DNA of 64,000 nucleotides from Styela clava (Eukaryota): NCBI RefSeq assembly GCF_964204865.1, contig NC_135252.1, positions 11,408,001 to 11,472,000 of the forward strand, read 5' to 3'. Shown piece by piece: positions 1 to 22,031 of this stretch (position 1 is its first letter; each line of letters starts with the position of its first letter). The notes under the pieces were generated by a model. It saw only the letters and a program-made list of their open reading frames with translations, ran no database searches and was not told where the DNA came from. The position numbers and the translations under genes were made by a program.

Positions 1-574
1 TACACAAATATATGTCTGTAACGTTTCGTCTGACCAAGGTAAGAATAGTCTGACCGAAACGTTACAGAAATATATTTCTTTCGCTAATTAGGAATTAAAA
101 AATAAATACAAATCAACGCCGCTGGCTCAAATAGTATTAGATAATTTCCACTTAATAAATCATGTTACTACATGGTGCCAAACGCTGCTTTGACCACTTT
201 GAATTACTATCCGTTCAGAAATTTCGAACGCCCGGTGCGAATTTGTCAGTCAACAAATAGTATGACTTTATATTGTACTGAAAACCCGTATTTTCATGGA
301 CTAAAACGTTTGTCAATATTTAAAAAATATGAAAAGGGAGTACAAATAGGAGAATTAGAGTCTAGCTCCAATTGGAAACTGCAACTGACAAAGATATTAT
401 TTCGAATAAAAATTAGGTATAAATTTGAACAAATCAGAATGATCTTGTCGCTGAAGGCAGATCAATTGATAAGGCGCGATTGCTTAGTGTTCAAGACAAT
501 AGCAATCTCCTTTACTTTCAACCTAGATTTACATGAACACAAATTAATTACTTACTAATCTTGATGTATCATAG

Positions 575-3500
575 CGTGTGATCGAGGCATGAAAACAAGA
601 AGAAGACCATGTGATGGTGGAAAACCAGGTGATGGAGATTGCGTTCCTGCATCAGCACAAAAAGAAGAAGAAGCATGCAATGAAGTCACCTGTAGAGGTA
701 ACGATTTCAAAATCAACCCACTACATTTAACCAAATGCTTTAAATCTTCTCACTCCAAAGGGAGTTTAAATTCAAGAGCAACATTTTCAGTCCAGGCGAG
801 TCAGGTCTGTCGCTTCAAATTTTCCGATGTATATTTAACAAAATGTCTAAAAGGCATTAAATTAAAGTATATATTGCACAAATTGGTTCCGATATGCATG
901 CCGAATGGAAATTTAAAAAAAGGTAGTTTTATTCGAAATCGTATATAAATATCGTTATATCAACAGACTTTATTAAGTTTCTACGCGATTTTGACATTTT
1001 TATGTACGATGATGTTTTTCATGTTATCTCCAATACTAAACACCATTCAGTCGCTAAAATAATCCATCTCCTATTCAAACACGTATTTTTCAGATTGCTT
1101 TGACGTAGCAGGTTTTACGTGGTGTGCTACATACTTTACTATAAAAGAAAACTGCAAAGAATATCCAGCGCAAGCACGTCAATACTGTGCACTGACTTGC
1201 AGTTTGTGTCCAGGTTTGAATGAATTTTGCGTATATAAATGTCTTATTCCTATCAAAATTTCATAAATTGGACTCTCGAGGACTACACATATATAATGGT
1301 CACAGCTATGATTGCTGAGTTCATCTGTACTTCGTATTTAGGCATAAGTTTTCACTTCAGTAGACTACTCTATTGTAAAATAAGTTATTATGTTTGTTTG
1401 TTAACTTTTAGCGGTGCCAAGCGGAATAATATATATTTAAATTTTATCTCATCTTCGGAAACGCCTTTCTGAAAGCAATAGCACGCCCGAACGTAAAACT
1501 TCGGCCTGAATTATGTTGAACTTCGACTTTTTACCCGAACCAGTGTCCAAATAATTTGAGCAAAATTAGCACAATTCAAAGCAAATTGTATTGGAATATT
1601 ACAAAAAAGTGTGATCGTAGAACACATTGTTACATGTGGCAAAGATAAACTCGAACATCAGTAGAAAATATTCGAATTTTCATAATTAGTAAATTTGCTG
1701 TGAACTGAAGACTGTCGCAACCATTTACGAGACTCGCTTTCTAAAGATGTAGAAAATGATGCATGTAGATAATTTTCCACAATCCAAGAACAACTAAATA
1801 AATTTGATTCAATATGTAGGATTGCACGAGCATTGGCAATCTTGGGGACCCTGTTCTAGCAGCTGCGGAACAGGATTTCGAACTAGAACAAGAGAGTGCA
1901 AAAATAAAGAGTTGGGTTGTGAAGGCGAATCAAGCGAAGAAGACGTTTGCAAAGGTCCATGTCAAGGTAAATCTCTTTTATTGAAAATATAGCAAATGTG
2001 AAACATACGGTAAACACTCAAAAAATAATACCAATATCATAAGCAGTTATCCACAACTAAAAGTTATTGTTAAAACCCTATTAACCGATGATGATAAAAA
2101 AACGTATATGAATGTATATGTAATAGTTATATTTTCACGCAGGATTTAACCCATGGGGAAAATGGACAACATGTACGGAATCGTGTAACGGTGGAACAAG
2201 AACTAGGCAGCGAACTTGCTCTTTTAAAAAATGTGACCCAGATGAAAATGGAAATACATCTAAGACAGACAAAGAAAATTGTAACTTAGAACCATGCCCG
2301 GGAAAATGGGGAGACTGGGGTGCATGGGAATCCTGTAGTACGACATGCGGCGACAATGGAGAACAGATAGCAAGAAGAACATGTGAAGGCGGTAGGGCAG
2401 GAGGGCCGGGTTGCCTGGGCCTTGCTACGAAAACGAGACCATGCAGAAATAACAATAAATGTCCTGGGAAATGGAGTGTTTGGACTAAGTGGTCCCAATG
2501 CTCGGTTACTTGCGGTGGAAAAGGAACACGCACGAGAACACGCACATGTGAAGGGGGAGTTGAGGGACAGTCTGACTGCCCTGGATCTGCAACACAGACA
2601 GAAGACTGCGACGAAGGAAAATGTACTGCAAAATGGGGAGACTGGGAAGATTGGGGTGATTGTGATAAAGACTGTTCTCGTACCCGAACAAGGTATAAGA
2701 TATTACAATGATCTTTCTGAATAAAAAATATTTTGCAGCTGCAAATATTAAGTCATTTCAATTTTAAAATATAGGTTTCGGTTTGCATTAATTTACCTTG
2801 ATACGCCTATCATACCAACTCTCCACATAGAATTGTCCATAGTCGAGTATACGTTTTCCATATCTTGGCACCAACAATAATGAACTTATACCTTTTTCTA
2901 ATCTATATTCAAAAACACAATACGATAATCTTGAATTTTAATCCTATCTGGATAATGCATACCGAGTTCCAAATTGTGATTTGCGTTTTTTTCTTATATG
3001 TTTTAGTGAGGCTTGCGATTTCCTTTCTCTCACCAACGGTGTAATACGCATTATAAGTCAGATATTTATTTAAAACAGTAATGTATTACGTAATGTACGA
3101 GTTCTGTGCTTGTTGTTCGATTCGCTCATCTTGCAAAAGAATGTTAGTGGTTTTATATAGCGACACAAAAACCCTTTTGCCTCACTGTTTTTTTCTTATT
3201 ATTATTTGTATTTTGAAATATTCACTTTACGCCAGAAAATGTATAGGCGGAACAAAAGGAGATCGTGGATGCGAGGGTGAAGGCGAGCAAACTCAAGAAT
3301 GTGACAGTTCTCAATGTAAGATTTATATATTGCTAACATTGTACTTTGTAACATCGTTGGTTAACATTGTACTATTGGTTTTTGTGCAACTGGCGACCTA
3401 CCACGGGCCAAAACCCGGCCCTATAAGCCCTTCAGTATGGTCTTTATTAACAGTCAGAATTTCCCCAACAAGCATTAAATCCTAATCCGACAGTTCATTT

Positions 3501-4333
3501 TTAAAAAGGTGCTCACGTGGGAAAAAAATACATCATTCTCTTCTCTTGTCCTTCCCGCGGCGCTCTGCTTGTCGCTAATGTATTTCGTTTTTTAAATGAT
3601 TGTGTACATGAAACATCTAAATATCAATTTTTTTTTATGTGGCCCAGCTAGGTGGCTGAAGTTAGTTGTATATATTGTCTACCGACAAAAATGTTGCACA
3701 CGCCTGATAGAGACCATTACATTATCCACTACTGTATACAATCGTCGATATATAGTATACAGTCTGTATACAATTGTCGGGACATAAAATTTGTAAAATT
3801 CAACGTATATATTTAAAGGTCCCACTGATGGCTGCGATCCGAATAAAATCGATTTACATATATGGTGCAATTCGCTAACAACGGCAAATTGTTATGACCC
3901 GCAGTACGAACAGGCATGCCCGTGGACATGCTGCAAGGGTGAGTACTTTTCAATAATAATTTCTAAAAATTTGCGAAAAGCGATGGACATTTTAGGTTTT
4001 GAATGCATCTAAAATTCTTAATGATAGTATAAGCGTCGTAAGCTAATCATGGATTTAGGATAAAAATCTAGTTATTGATAATAATAAATAACAAAAACTA
4101 AATGCAATTTTTGTACGGAAGACAACGCTTGAATTCATTTGATGTTTTTTTGTAGCGAGTTCTAAATTTTTATTCAATTCGTTCGTTCACTAGTTCTCGG
4201 ACAAGTACCTTGCGAAGATGATCCAGCGCAAAAAGATAGCTACTGTGTTCCATATCAAGCTTACTGCAATGATCCGACCTATATTGCCACTTTCAAGCAA
4301 TACTGTAGAAAAACCTGCAATTTCTGTGAATAA
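575..4333 (+). CDS. G1: TSP1-repeat/ShKT protein, 5'-partial, probably secreted: (TSP1)-ShKT-5xTSP1-vicinal-Cys ShK variant-ShKT
   Basis: Exons 575-697, 1094-1213, 1820-1966, 2143-2692, 3236-3315, 3819-3938 and 4194-4333 join in frame via GT-AG. TSP1 motifs include WQSWGPCSSSCGTGFRTRTREC and WSVWTKWSQCSVTCGG. ShKT domains are DCFDVAGFTWCATY...CKEYPAQARQYCALTCSLC and the terminal CEDDPAQKDSYCVPYQAYCNDPTYIATFKQYCRKTCNFCE*. The start codon lies upstream of the window. Confidence 0.9.
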
Positions 4334-4467
4334 TAGAACTTTTCATTGTAATCGAATCGGCATTGCACGATGTAAACCAAGTTGTGTTTTTCGTGAAATC
4401 AATATGTTCCCTTCAACATTTCATCATAAACGTGGATGACTGTTATGTAAAATATGTTACTGCTTTT

Positions 4468-4473
4468 AATAAA
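4468..4473 (+). terminator. candidate polyadenylation signal (AATAAA) of G1
   Basis: AATAAA ~135 nt after the G1 stop codon. The AT-rich background makes this weak evidence. Confidence 0.4.
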
Positions 4474-5251
4474 TGTAATATTACTATGCGATTATTAAAC
4501 AAAATGTCTGTATCACAATACAACCTTGAGTTCTTTGAATCCCATGCTGAAAGGTTCATCTGAATCTCTACACATAAAACAAAAGTGAAGTAACCGGATA
4601 TTTTACACATTTTGCTTACGTCAGAATTTGTGAATACCGTCAGTCTTTTTATTGACTATTTGCTCAAAGTAAGATTTAGCCGGAGCTGCAAGCCTACAAT
4701 TACGAATGCGATCGGATAACGATTTGAGTCGCCAGTATGTAACATAGAACAATGCTCAAATATACGAACACCAACAAACAAACGAAATATTTTTACCCAC
4801 AATTCCCCCAAAATCTTATTCTGAACAAAGCTTGAACTGTTACCGTATTTTACCATGCCAGTCTAAAAGTGCGTCCAGTCTAAACGGAAATCGAAAATTC
4901 CAATGATTCGAGGATATACTGTAGCATCACGGTTGTGACAATTTGTAATTTTGATGAGACCATCAAACACCTTATAAATTGATTTCGGTAATGCCTCCAC
5001 ATTGACAGAAGAATGAAATCATTGTCAAACCCATCCTCAAAATGGAACTCGACATTGGTAAAGTGACCCGATATTCAAACTTAATGCAATAACGTTTTTG
5101 CTGCATTTTAAGATGTAGAGGGGCGAAAGACCAATGTTCAAACGGCACAGAAGCCTAGTACCCAGCCTGGAATTGCAATGACATGATGAGTCTGCTGATT
5201 CAACAAATGTCCACCGCACTAATCATCAGTAGTGGCCGTTTATTTTTCCTC

Positions 5252-6100
5252 CAGAAAGTCGGCGAACTTTATGCACCTGCGGGTCAAATATACACAGTGA
5301 CAGTAGCGTGTGGGCCGCATTAATTTCCGCCTGAGAAAAATCGCCACATTAAACCTCAAATTATGGCGCTCTCGCACCTTCAATTGTTATATTAAAAGCC
5401 TGCCACAATTAAACGTGTATGTGGCATTTTTCAATACCCACCTTCGATTGTTATATTAAAAGCCTGCCACAATTAAACGTATATGTGTCCTTTTTCAATA
5501 CCCACCTTCGATTGTTATATTAAAAGCCTGCCACAATTAGTCGTGTATGTGGCATTTTTCAATACCTTATCAAACAATAGATTGTTTCCATTTACTTATT
5601 ATCAATGTGGAGGATATGGTTGTTTCTATGTCACGGCCAAAGCGTTGAAATCAAATAGCAACTTCGCTGCCCGCCGGTACGTCGTCGAAATGGCGATCTG
5701 ACAAGCGATTACGAAATTTATTCTTAATGTAATGCATTTTAGATATTTAGACATTTTAGATGCGATGCTGACTTGGCATATGAAGCAAACTGGTCTTAAA
5801 ATGCGCAATAAAAAAATTTCCCTCCATGCACTTTGGAATGTTCAACTCTCGTCGCAAACGTCACTCCGTTTTTCGGACATTTTTAAAAAATTAAAATGAA
5901 ATGAACTTATAATTAGACGTTTATCAAATAAACGACATACAACTGACAATACTTACTACAAAACAACAGCAGCACTTGTTACCACAAAAATTAGTGTGGA
6001 GACAATAATAAATTTGAAATAAATATATGTTTTTGGCATTCAAAGTTGGGTCGTTCGAGGGATGCAAAAAATAGTTCGCGGGCCGCAATTTTCCCTATAG
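5252..6100. mobile_element. degenerate non-autonomous hAT(Charlie)-like element
   Basis: Ends resemble hAT-MITE termini (cagaaagtcggcgaactt...gtgggccgca at the left; ttcgcgggccgcaattttccc at the right). No clean TSD seen. Contains the 64-bp tandem array. Confidence 0.35.
5375..5566 (+). repeat. minisatellite, 3 x 64 bp
   Basis: Unit caccttc(a/g)attgttatattaaaagcctgccacaatta...tttttcaatacc starts at 5375, 5439 and 5503. Confidence 0.9.
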
Positions 6101-7150
6101 TTTACCATTGCAAAGTTCATGGTGATTTTTGGAGTGGTTTTGCGAGTTGACTCTTATTAACTGGTTTATATGCTTCAAACTACCATCTTGATTAAAAACA
6201 TTTGACAGTCTTTCAAAAGTACCGATAGAAAATTTTTGCCTAGTTTATCACAGCTATTTCTAGACTAATTTTTGCTGCAATTATCTAAAACTTCCTAGGA
6301 AAACAAAATATTTATTGAGTTATTTGGTTCATACTTTGCGAAACACAACAGAAAACTAATATATAGCATGCAAAAATCCGAAAACGAATCGTCTTGCTGA
6401 TTAGCCAATGTTACGAAAGTATACAAGGAAGTCGATGCTCGGGGGAACATCCATCAACTACTGAAATATATTTATTGCTGTCTATCTACCAGCTCAAACA
6501 CCCTATGAATTCAAATTCTATAAATATCAAATAGGATCCATTTCATTACGTTTTTTTCTTTGAGAATCATACAAACAAGAAAGAGACTGTCGGGCGAAGT
6601 TTTTGCTCTCAAGTTGCGGAAAGGTTGTTGCAAAGACTTGTTAAATACTGCGGAATGTAGTTTTTCGCAGTCATTTTAACTTGAACTTTTAATCACGTGT
6701 TGTGAAATTTCACACGTTAGAGAAAATATATCCTTGAGGTATTTGAGCCTAACGACGGCGCAGGTGTAATCCGTACAAGCAGAAATGCAATCAATTTGAA
6801 TATCATATGACTAAATTGCACCTTTTCCTTCGGGCAATGACAACTTTACAAATTCAGTCCCATTGCTCACACAAATTGATATAATCGTGATTCACAGCAA
6901 TATCCTGCATCCGATCAGTGAATAAAGGAAAATATATGCTGATAAACATGAATTGGAAAATTTTCATTTTTGGTCCGGAATATATTTATGGCGAATCAAA
7001 GATCAATTTGGATCGGGTTATCTGATTATAATAATAATGTGATAATTTAGTTCTATGCCATAGGTAATTTATTGCCAAATGGAAAACTGTCAAATTAACT
7101 ATGAATGGGTCAGAGATCAGTCTTAGTTTGCCACGCATCCTGACGGAATG

Positions 7151-7485
7151 TTATTGGACACGTTAGTGGCGTTATTAAAAAGTCGCTTTTCTCTTCGATT
7201 ACTGGACCAATTGCTTTGAAATTTTCTAGAGGGCTATTACTTTTATTTGTTTCTAAATTTCCTATAAGATCTGCTATTCCATTCAAAATTTCCCTGTTTT
7301 AACTTTTGCGCATGGGAACACTGTTTTAGCCCTTATTTCAATCGGTTCCGCCAAGCATGACGGCTGCTTCTAAAGATCCTTTTACTCAAAACTCGGAAGT
7401 GTTTTGAGGGTACCGGTAACGTTAAAGGTAAAGACTGCTCCACTCTGGTCTATGTGCCCATATATTTGAGCATTGCTCTCTTGTT
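7151..7485 (-). mobile_element. DINE-1/HINE-like interspersed repeat, copy A
   Basis: Reverse copy of the family that starts aacaagagagc(t/a)atgctcaaatatatgg and ends cgtgtccaataa. Shares the core aagcaattggtccagta.tcgaagaga.aagcga with copies B-D. Confidence 0.65.
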
Positions 7486-7598
7486 CAAGTTAGTGATGAA
7501 ACTGGCGTGGTTATTGAATACCGACTCTATTAGTAATCTAAATCCAAATATCTACATTTCTGCTCAGTATCGAGGATGTTGATAAGTTCTGTTATACT

Positions 7599-8947
7599 TA
7601 GGGTTACAATATTTTTTTGACCTTAAAGCGGGACGCCTCCTGTAAATTTGCAGTTTCCGATTTTACTACATAGGCCTCCATCTAAGCCATCCCGGCCCAC
7701 TTCATTGGCCATATTGTCACCGAGAGTTCGTGCGCATATTCTCTGTCTAAATATCGAGTTCAGTTCGAAAAATAGAAAGGAATAGACGTTAACGATACAA
7801 TTGATCCGAATTTAATTTTTTTTTATGAACAGCAAAAGTAATAAAGAATAATGAAATAGATTTGCTATTCGATTGAGGCAACCCTCTCAGTGGGTTAGGC
7901 CCTCGATAGCGAAGGAATCGAAGAAAACGCCTTCATTTCATGTTAAGACAATGCGTTTGCAACAATATTCCAATACCAAATGGATCCAAAACATTGATCC
8001 TAAGCAATCATGGCCTTGAATATGGATGGAACTCTATTTTGACACACGTTGCCGTTTGCATTTTCCCACCTCCTGGTGGTAGCTGAGTTGGGTTTCGAGA
8101 CTGTTATATTGAAATATCACGACCGTACGTTAAAGCTGCAATTAATTGTACAGTGTCATTTTGATTAAATGTTGTTTTTTTTTATTTTGCATTTGCGGTT
8201 GATCGTTTTTCCAATTATGTAGAGAACGTTTTATTCTTTCTAACATTTTATCACAACATTTGTTTAAGTTTTTGACGGCTGCATCATTACATACACATGC
8301 TTCATTATGCATTTGACGTTCCGTTTGTTGGACCTCTGGATCAGGTTTTAGTCCTGAGATAATCTGGGACAACGGCATGATTTAGATATAGCAATCTACC
8401 TTCTGTTAGATTAGCAAGATATTTATTGGTCGTCATCCTGGCCCAAGCGCAACGGTCTGATCGGATAATTTTGAAGAGGTGCTATTTTTTCAGCTTTCGA
8501 TAAGTTTGACCCGATAAGAGAGCGTAACTATCCAAGACTGAAGTCCAAGTAAGAGTTTCATGTTCGTGATCTATTTTTGCAATAAATTGTACCAAAGCAT
8601 TTTTCAATTCTCGAGACAATTCAATTCTTCGAGCTCATTTTCTTCCATTCCTTGAGATTCCATAATATTATTTTTAGAAATAAGTGTTGCAGGCTTAAAC
8701 AGCATCATGTGATACGTTCGCTAACAATGTTAGCGGGAAACAACGAAACAAACAAAATAACGCATCCACCTTCAGTAAGTACGCTAGCGTTGCGTTACAC
8801 AGCAACAACAGTAACGAGAACATGTTCGTGTATTATACTGGATGGCTGAAAGTAAAAGCGGGACTTTTGGCTGACTTGTCGGGACGGCGGGACAAGACGC
8901 CAAATAGCGGGACTGTCCCGTCTAAAGCGGGACGTATGGTAAGCCTA
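7599..8947. mobile_element. non-autonomous hAT (Blackjack-like) transposon with perfect 8-bp TSD
   Basis: TIRs tagggttacaat / atggtaagccta. TSD GTTATACT at 7591-7598 and 8948-8955. Multiple subterminal cgggac motifs. A second copy is at 25416-26055. Confidence 0.8.
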
Positions 8948-9996
8948 GTTATACTGAGCTTTCATAAATTAGACAGTAATCTGTAACTATGATTAATTTC
9001 GGAGAATTATCCAATGGGAGTGGAAAAGTGATAAGATGCCTTGATGATATGTCTGACCGGCCTCTCGTCCGAATAACAGTTAATTTATTAACCAGTAATT
9101 CTGAACCGCTTTGCAACGTAATTACCCCCCTGCCACTCCCCCTACAAGGTAACCAGAGGGTGCGATGCCCAAAAATTAGAAAGATGTGCCAGTAGTAGAC
9201 CTTTGATATATTACCTGCTTTTTTGTTTCGAAAGAAATTTACAATAGAATTTACAAAGTTGTGTTATACTATTTTGTTTTGCAGACAAAAAGTTCTGTGT
9301 CGCAGCGTAAATAAGTCAACACCGAACAGATGAAACAATATTCCATATTATTAACCATATGTCATCATTTTGTGAATAAAAAATTAAGCTAACTACATAG
9401 ACATGTCGTCTTTTCTCAAACAGATGTGAAAAGAAACGTTCAAATGTAACCAAAATATTTTGTTGAAATGCAAAACTCTTGCGGCATACCAAATCCAACA
9501 ATTCGTGAATTTTGTTTAAATATTCTAACGGTCTCACCTATGTTGATATTCCTATCACAGTCCAAATTATATATATATATATATATCTAGAAATGATAAA
9601 TACAAGATCTTCTATCAATTTGTGAACATTCAAATCTATTGAATCAAAGCATGATATACATCAATAAAACGTTGGGTATATTTCAAATCAAAATGACAAA
9701 CATAAAAACAATATTTTAATACTCGATTTTGTCATACAAAACTTTCAATTTTCGTTCGATGGCAAAATTAAAAATACCTTTTTTGTTCGGCAAATATTCG
9801 TCCATTTACTCCCAACGCCGAGCGATAATACCTCATGCGCGAGAAATTATCGACATAAGAATGAATCCACATTGTAAATAATGTGGGTTAATCATGATTC
9901 TATGAATGAAAAAGCATAAATAACATTTTATAACCAAAAAGCATGGCTGGAACAACCATTTAAAGTCAAGACACCTTATTTTGCGTCATTTGTTAA

Positions 9997-18014
<8,018 letters not shown>

Positions 18015-21000
18015 TGGCGTGGGCACTGAATTTTGAAGCTTAAAATCTGTATAGTATCGTTAAAATATAGTATAATGAATCACCGTATCTAAAATCTAGT
18101 TGTACTCAACTTCAATATCTCTTAAACAACAATCCTGATCGAGCTTATATGTCTTATAGATTGTGCTGCTCGTAAGCCAGACTTTTAATCCCACTTATGC
18201 TTACACATCAACCACATTATGCCTCCGGTGTTTTAAGTTTTCATTGATACCACGACGCTAGATCATGTTCATTAACTGGAACAAATAACGTAATTAGTAG
18301 CCTTATAGTTGCTGTTAAAATTATCATTGTTATCAAAATTGTCGACTAATCGCTATCATATGAAAACGCTTTTTTGATAGTTTATATCACTGTGCCAAAT
18401 TCGAAAAGATCTAACGAGAGGCACAGATACATTGTTGAATAAACGCCTCAGACATTCATCACAAGTGCAAGTTGAATTTCATTGAAATCTGTTTTTATGT
18501 ATGCGGTTTGAAATGACAATGACGAATTAATCAAAGCAAGTGTATTTCGTAAATCGTTTGGGAATTTCCATAAAGAATCCAGGACGTAGAACTATTTCCC
18601 CCCTCATGTAAAATCCTCCTTAAAACCATCTTCGTGATATTTCATGAATTGACACGTAGTTCTTGGTTTTGGTTTCCCTTGAACTCGAATGATATCATGA
18701 ATTTTGTTTTGCCAAAAAGTGTGATGTCAGTTTCGGTGGAACTGTACATCTGATAAACAACACATATATTGCCAGTCATTTCTTCAAGTTACATTATACC
18801 AGGGTCAAATACATGTATAATTTCAGTTAGTGTGATTACTGCTAGAACGCTGGCCATCTATGATTCTTGGTCGACAGAATACTATCAGTTTGGTATAAAA
18901 TATTATCGTCATTTTTCATAAAATCCCGGCTCTCGATGAAGTATTTTTGAACCCGAAAATTGCTTACTTTCAGTAGCTTACACGAATAGCATAGTCACCT
19001 AATTAAGTAAACTCTGATTAAGAGATCAATACCAAAGGAATGAGCGAGATCGCGTTTCTGTGAAGCGTTTCGATTTGAAGATTGTAAAAATGTCGGCAAT
19101 GACACTTCGAAAAAAGAGAGCAACATGTCGTAGGAAATAGTACCATTTTGACGTACAATTTCAATTAATTACACTCGTTAACGCTCGCAATCGAACCCCA
19201 TAACAGCAAAACTGTGCCAGAACACAATTTTGTAAACAGTTCGAATGTCACCTAACAAACATATGTTTATTCTGTGCTCGTATGAAATGTAACTCGAATG
19301 AAATGGACTCGAGCACTATACAATAGTTACTCATGTACCACAAGATGACATCAAATGTCCTGAATACGCGAAAAATTCCTATTCACTAAATCATCAATCA
19401 GTTTAGAAAATTTTTGTGAAATATTATCCAATAAAAGTCAGTCCATGAACTGTGATTATACAATACCAAAAAACACGTGTCCATACATTTGAGAATTTGA
19501 CATTCTGAGAATAAAAAACACAAACAATCTGCGAAAGGATTATTAATCGAAACATTTTCGACCGCTCCTCAAAATCCCAAGAAGAAAAATGCAAGTATAA
19601 TAAAGTTTACAAGCATGCTCTCTCTCAAAAGTGAGTGCTGTATTAAAGTCAAATATGAACATACACGCTCTGTTACTATCCGGAGACATGGTCACGATAA
19701 ATGCAGTTTGAATGAAAGCGAATTTTGTGAAGGAGAAGATGTGTAGATACTTTTTTGCAAAAAAAACAAAAAAATAAAAATACCAAGAAAAGTTTCAAAT
19801 CAGTTTTAATCAGGGACAAATCGACATGCTTATTGGTATTTCTTGGCCAAACATAGACAACACAATTGTCCCAATTCAATTTGTTCATATGAGTCATGTG
19901 TCTCACTTTGCTCTAGACTAGATTCTAGAAGAACAGATATCTGGATACAAAAATATGAGGGTGAAAATTTGGGTTCGCATCTAACCTTTTATTAAAACAG
20001 TATATACACATATCAGATGGCCTCTCAGCAATAATGGGTGTATCTCAGTCCATTATGTCAACTTCCAACATTTTTCAAGTAACTCTCTCCACCAAGTTTA
20101 TTAGCATGTATCATCTTATTGTTTATGTGTGCTGCAACATAACACAAAAAGTTCTGGACTTTATGTTTAGCATTACCTGTAATTTTTGTTTAGTAATTAC
20201 AATTATAATGATATTGAAAATCTATTCAATTATATTAAAGAATCATGTATCAATGTCGATTAAACAAAGTGCCAATTGAATTGCATCTTGAAATAAAGGG
20301 CAAATTAGATTTCAGTAACTCTGAACAGTTTTATTTGGGAAAAAAGGCTATTCATTTTATTTATTTATTTATAAACAAACTACAATTGCATTATGGGATG
20401 TTCTGCATTGAGCTTCTTAAGTTAAGTTGTTAGGTTTAACCTGCATCTGTATCTGCGAATTCTTTTGGGTTAATTCATATAAACACATGCTTGTATCAGT
20501 GGTCGGTCACTTCTTCTACCAGGTTAGGGTTAGGCCATAATTTTATTCCGATTTTCCTTATTTTAGTTCTATTACGAGTTCGGGGACTGTCTGTAATACA
20601 GCCTGGTGGGAGTATCAATGAACCTTCCTCATTGGGACTTGTATATAATTATCCATTTATGTTATGTAACCATTTACCACGCAGATCAAACGCACTCTCA
20701 ACGACATATCTATGCAATACTATGGCTGCTAGAAGGTAGGAAATTCATCTTAACCCATTCGACTTTTGTCACAGACATTTAAAATTGGTCTAACGGCATG
20801 CCAAGAAATTATGACAAGAATTACTTCTAGAGATAGTTTGCATAAAGAAGGCATGGAATATGCAATTGGTGAGGTTGAAAAGAGGGGAGAGGGAGATTTG
20901 AGGCAATAGAACGAGCATACAGTGTACCAAGAACAACTGATCTTTGCCACGTTTCAGGAAATCTTTGTAAATCGACTGGATCAACTCATCTCGACAAATG

Positions 21001-21019
21001 ATCTGTGTCGGATGATACC

Positions 21020-22031
21020 AATTAACTTAGACTATTGACCCACATATTGTAATTTGAAAGACTGGTTTTTCATTAACTGTAAATAAAAATAGGAAAACTC
21101 GCCTGTGAATTTGCCATCACAGTTTTTCAGAAGATACCAAAATGTCTAAGGGTGGACTGGTGGGGTGGATTTCGCAAAACGCACAATGACCTTTTTACAA
21201 TTCATAAACCACAGTCACTTTCAGTTCAGAAATATTTTGATTTGTTAGAGAACACCATGGTGAATTACCCGTATTTGGAGAGCCTACTCGGATTTATAAT
21301 GTAGATGAGACAGGTTTGAGTTTGGTATCAGAAGTAAAAATTATTGTTGGCCTCAAACCATTGTTCATAGTATTCGAGTCAAATAACAAAGTGGTGAACG
21401 TGGATTGTCTCAGACAGTTGTCATGGCTGTAAACGCTGCAGTTGATTATGTCCTGGTTATATTCAAAGGCAGGCGGGCAAATCCGATTCTACAGTAAGGA
21501 ATGCCGCCTGGCGCTGTCGTCAAATACTGTGAGTCCGTCTTTGAAAACAAAAAAATATTTTCGTATTGTATGCGGCACTTCAACTCTAATTGAAAGCTAA
21601 CGTCTGAAAAAGTTGTACTTTGAATAAACTGCATTTTAACATCCGAGGGGCTATTATAAGGATTCTGTTCGGGTTCACATGGGGAACACCCAGAGACTGG
21701 TTTGACCAGGGTAAACTTTCCGACTTTTTGTCAAGCGTACTTGGAAATGTGTACTTGCTGTTTTAGCTTTCAAATCAACTGGAATTAATCTATTAGAAAA
21801 CAATGTCATACTTATAGTATAAAATGTGGTATGTGTGAGAAAGATAATCAAAAAGAAGTAAAAGTGATATCAAGAGAATTGTTAGAAAAAATTTGGGAGG
21901 GAAATTTATTTAATGATGAAGAGAACGAAGGTTGGATTCAGTGTGAGAAATGTCAAAAATGGTTCCATGGTATTTGTGAAGGGGGCTATGAGAGATTTGT
22001 ATGGTCCTCCAAGTGCGATGACTGTAATTAG
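21020..22031 (+). pseudogene. decayed pogo/Tigger-like (Tc1-mariner) DDE_1 transposase with C-terminal PHD finger
   Basis: Frameshifted fragments: YNVDETGL (~21295), SGERG..QTVVMAVNAA, VIFKGRR, GMPPGAVV, FSYCMRHF, and the PHD-type WIQCEKCQKWFHGIC (ORF 21831-22031). Confidence 0.7.

Noticed and set aside
2135-2545. Long ORFs antisense or out-of-frame to TSP1 exons (also 11237-11563, 52988-53542, 53137-53436, 40469-40717 and 27970-28344)
   Set aside because: These are shadows of real TSP1 exons, with no independent motifs or splice structure.
5375-5566. 64-bp repeats as a possible CRISPR array
   Set aside because: The units are contiguous with no unique spacers, there are no cas genes, and the context is eukaryotic.
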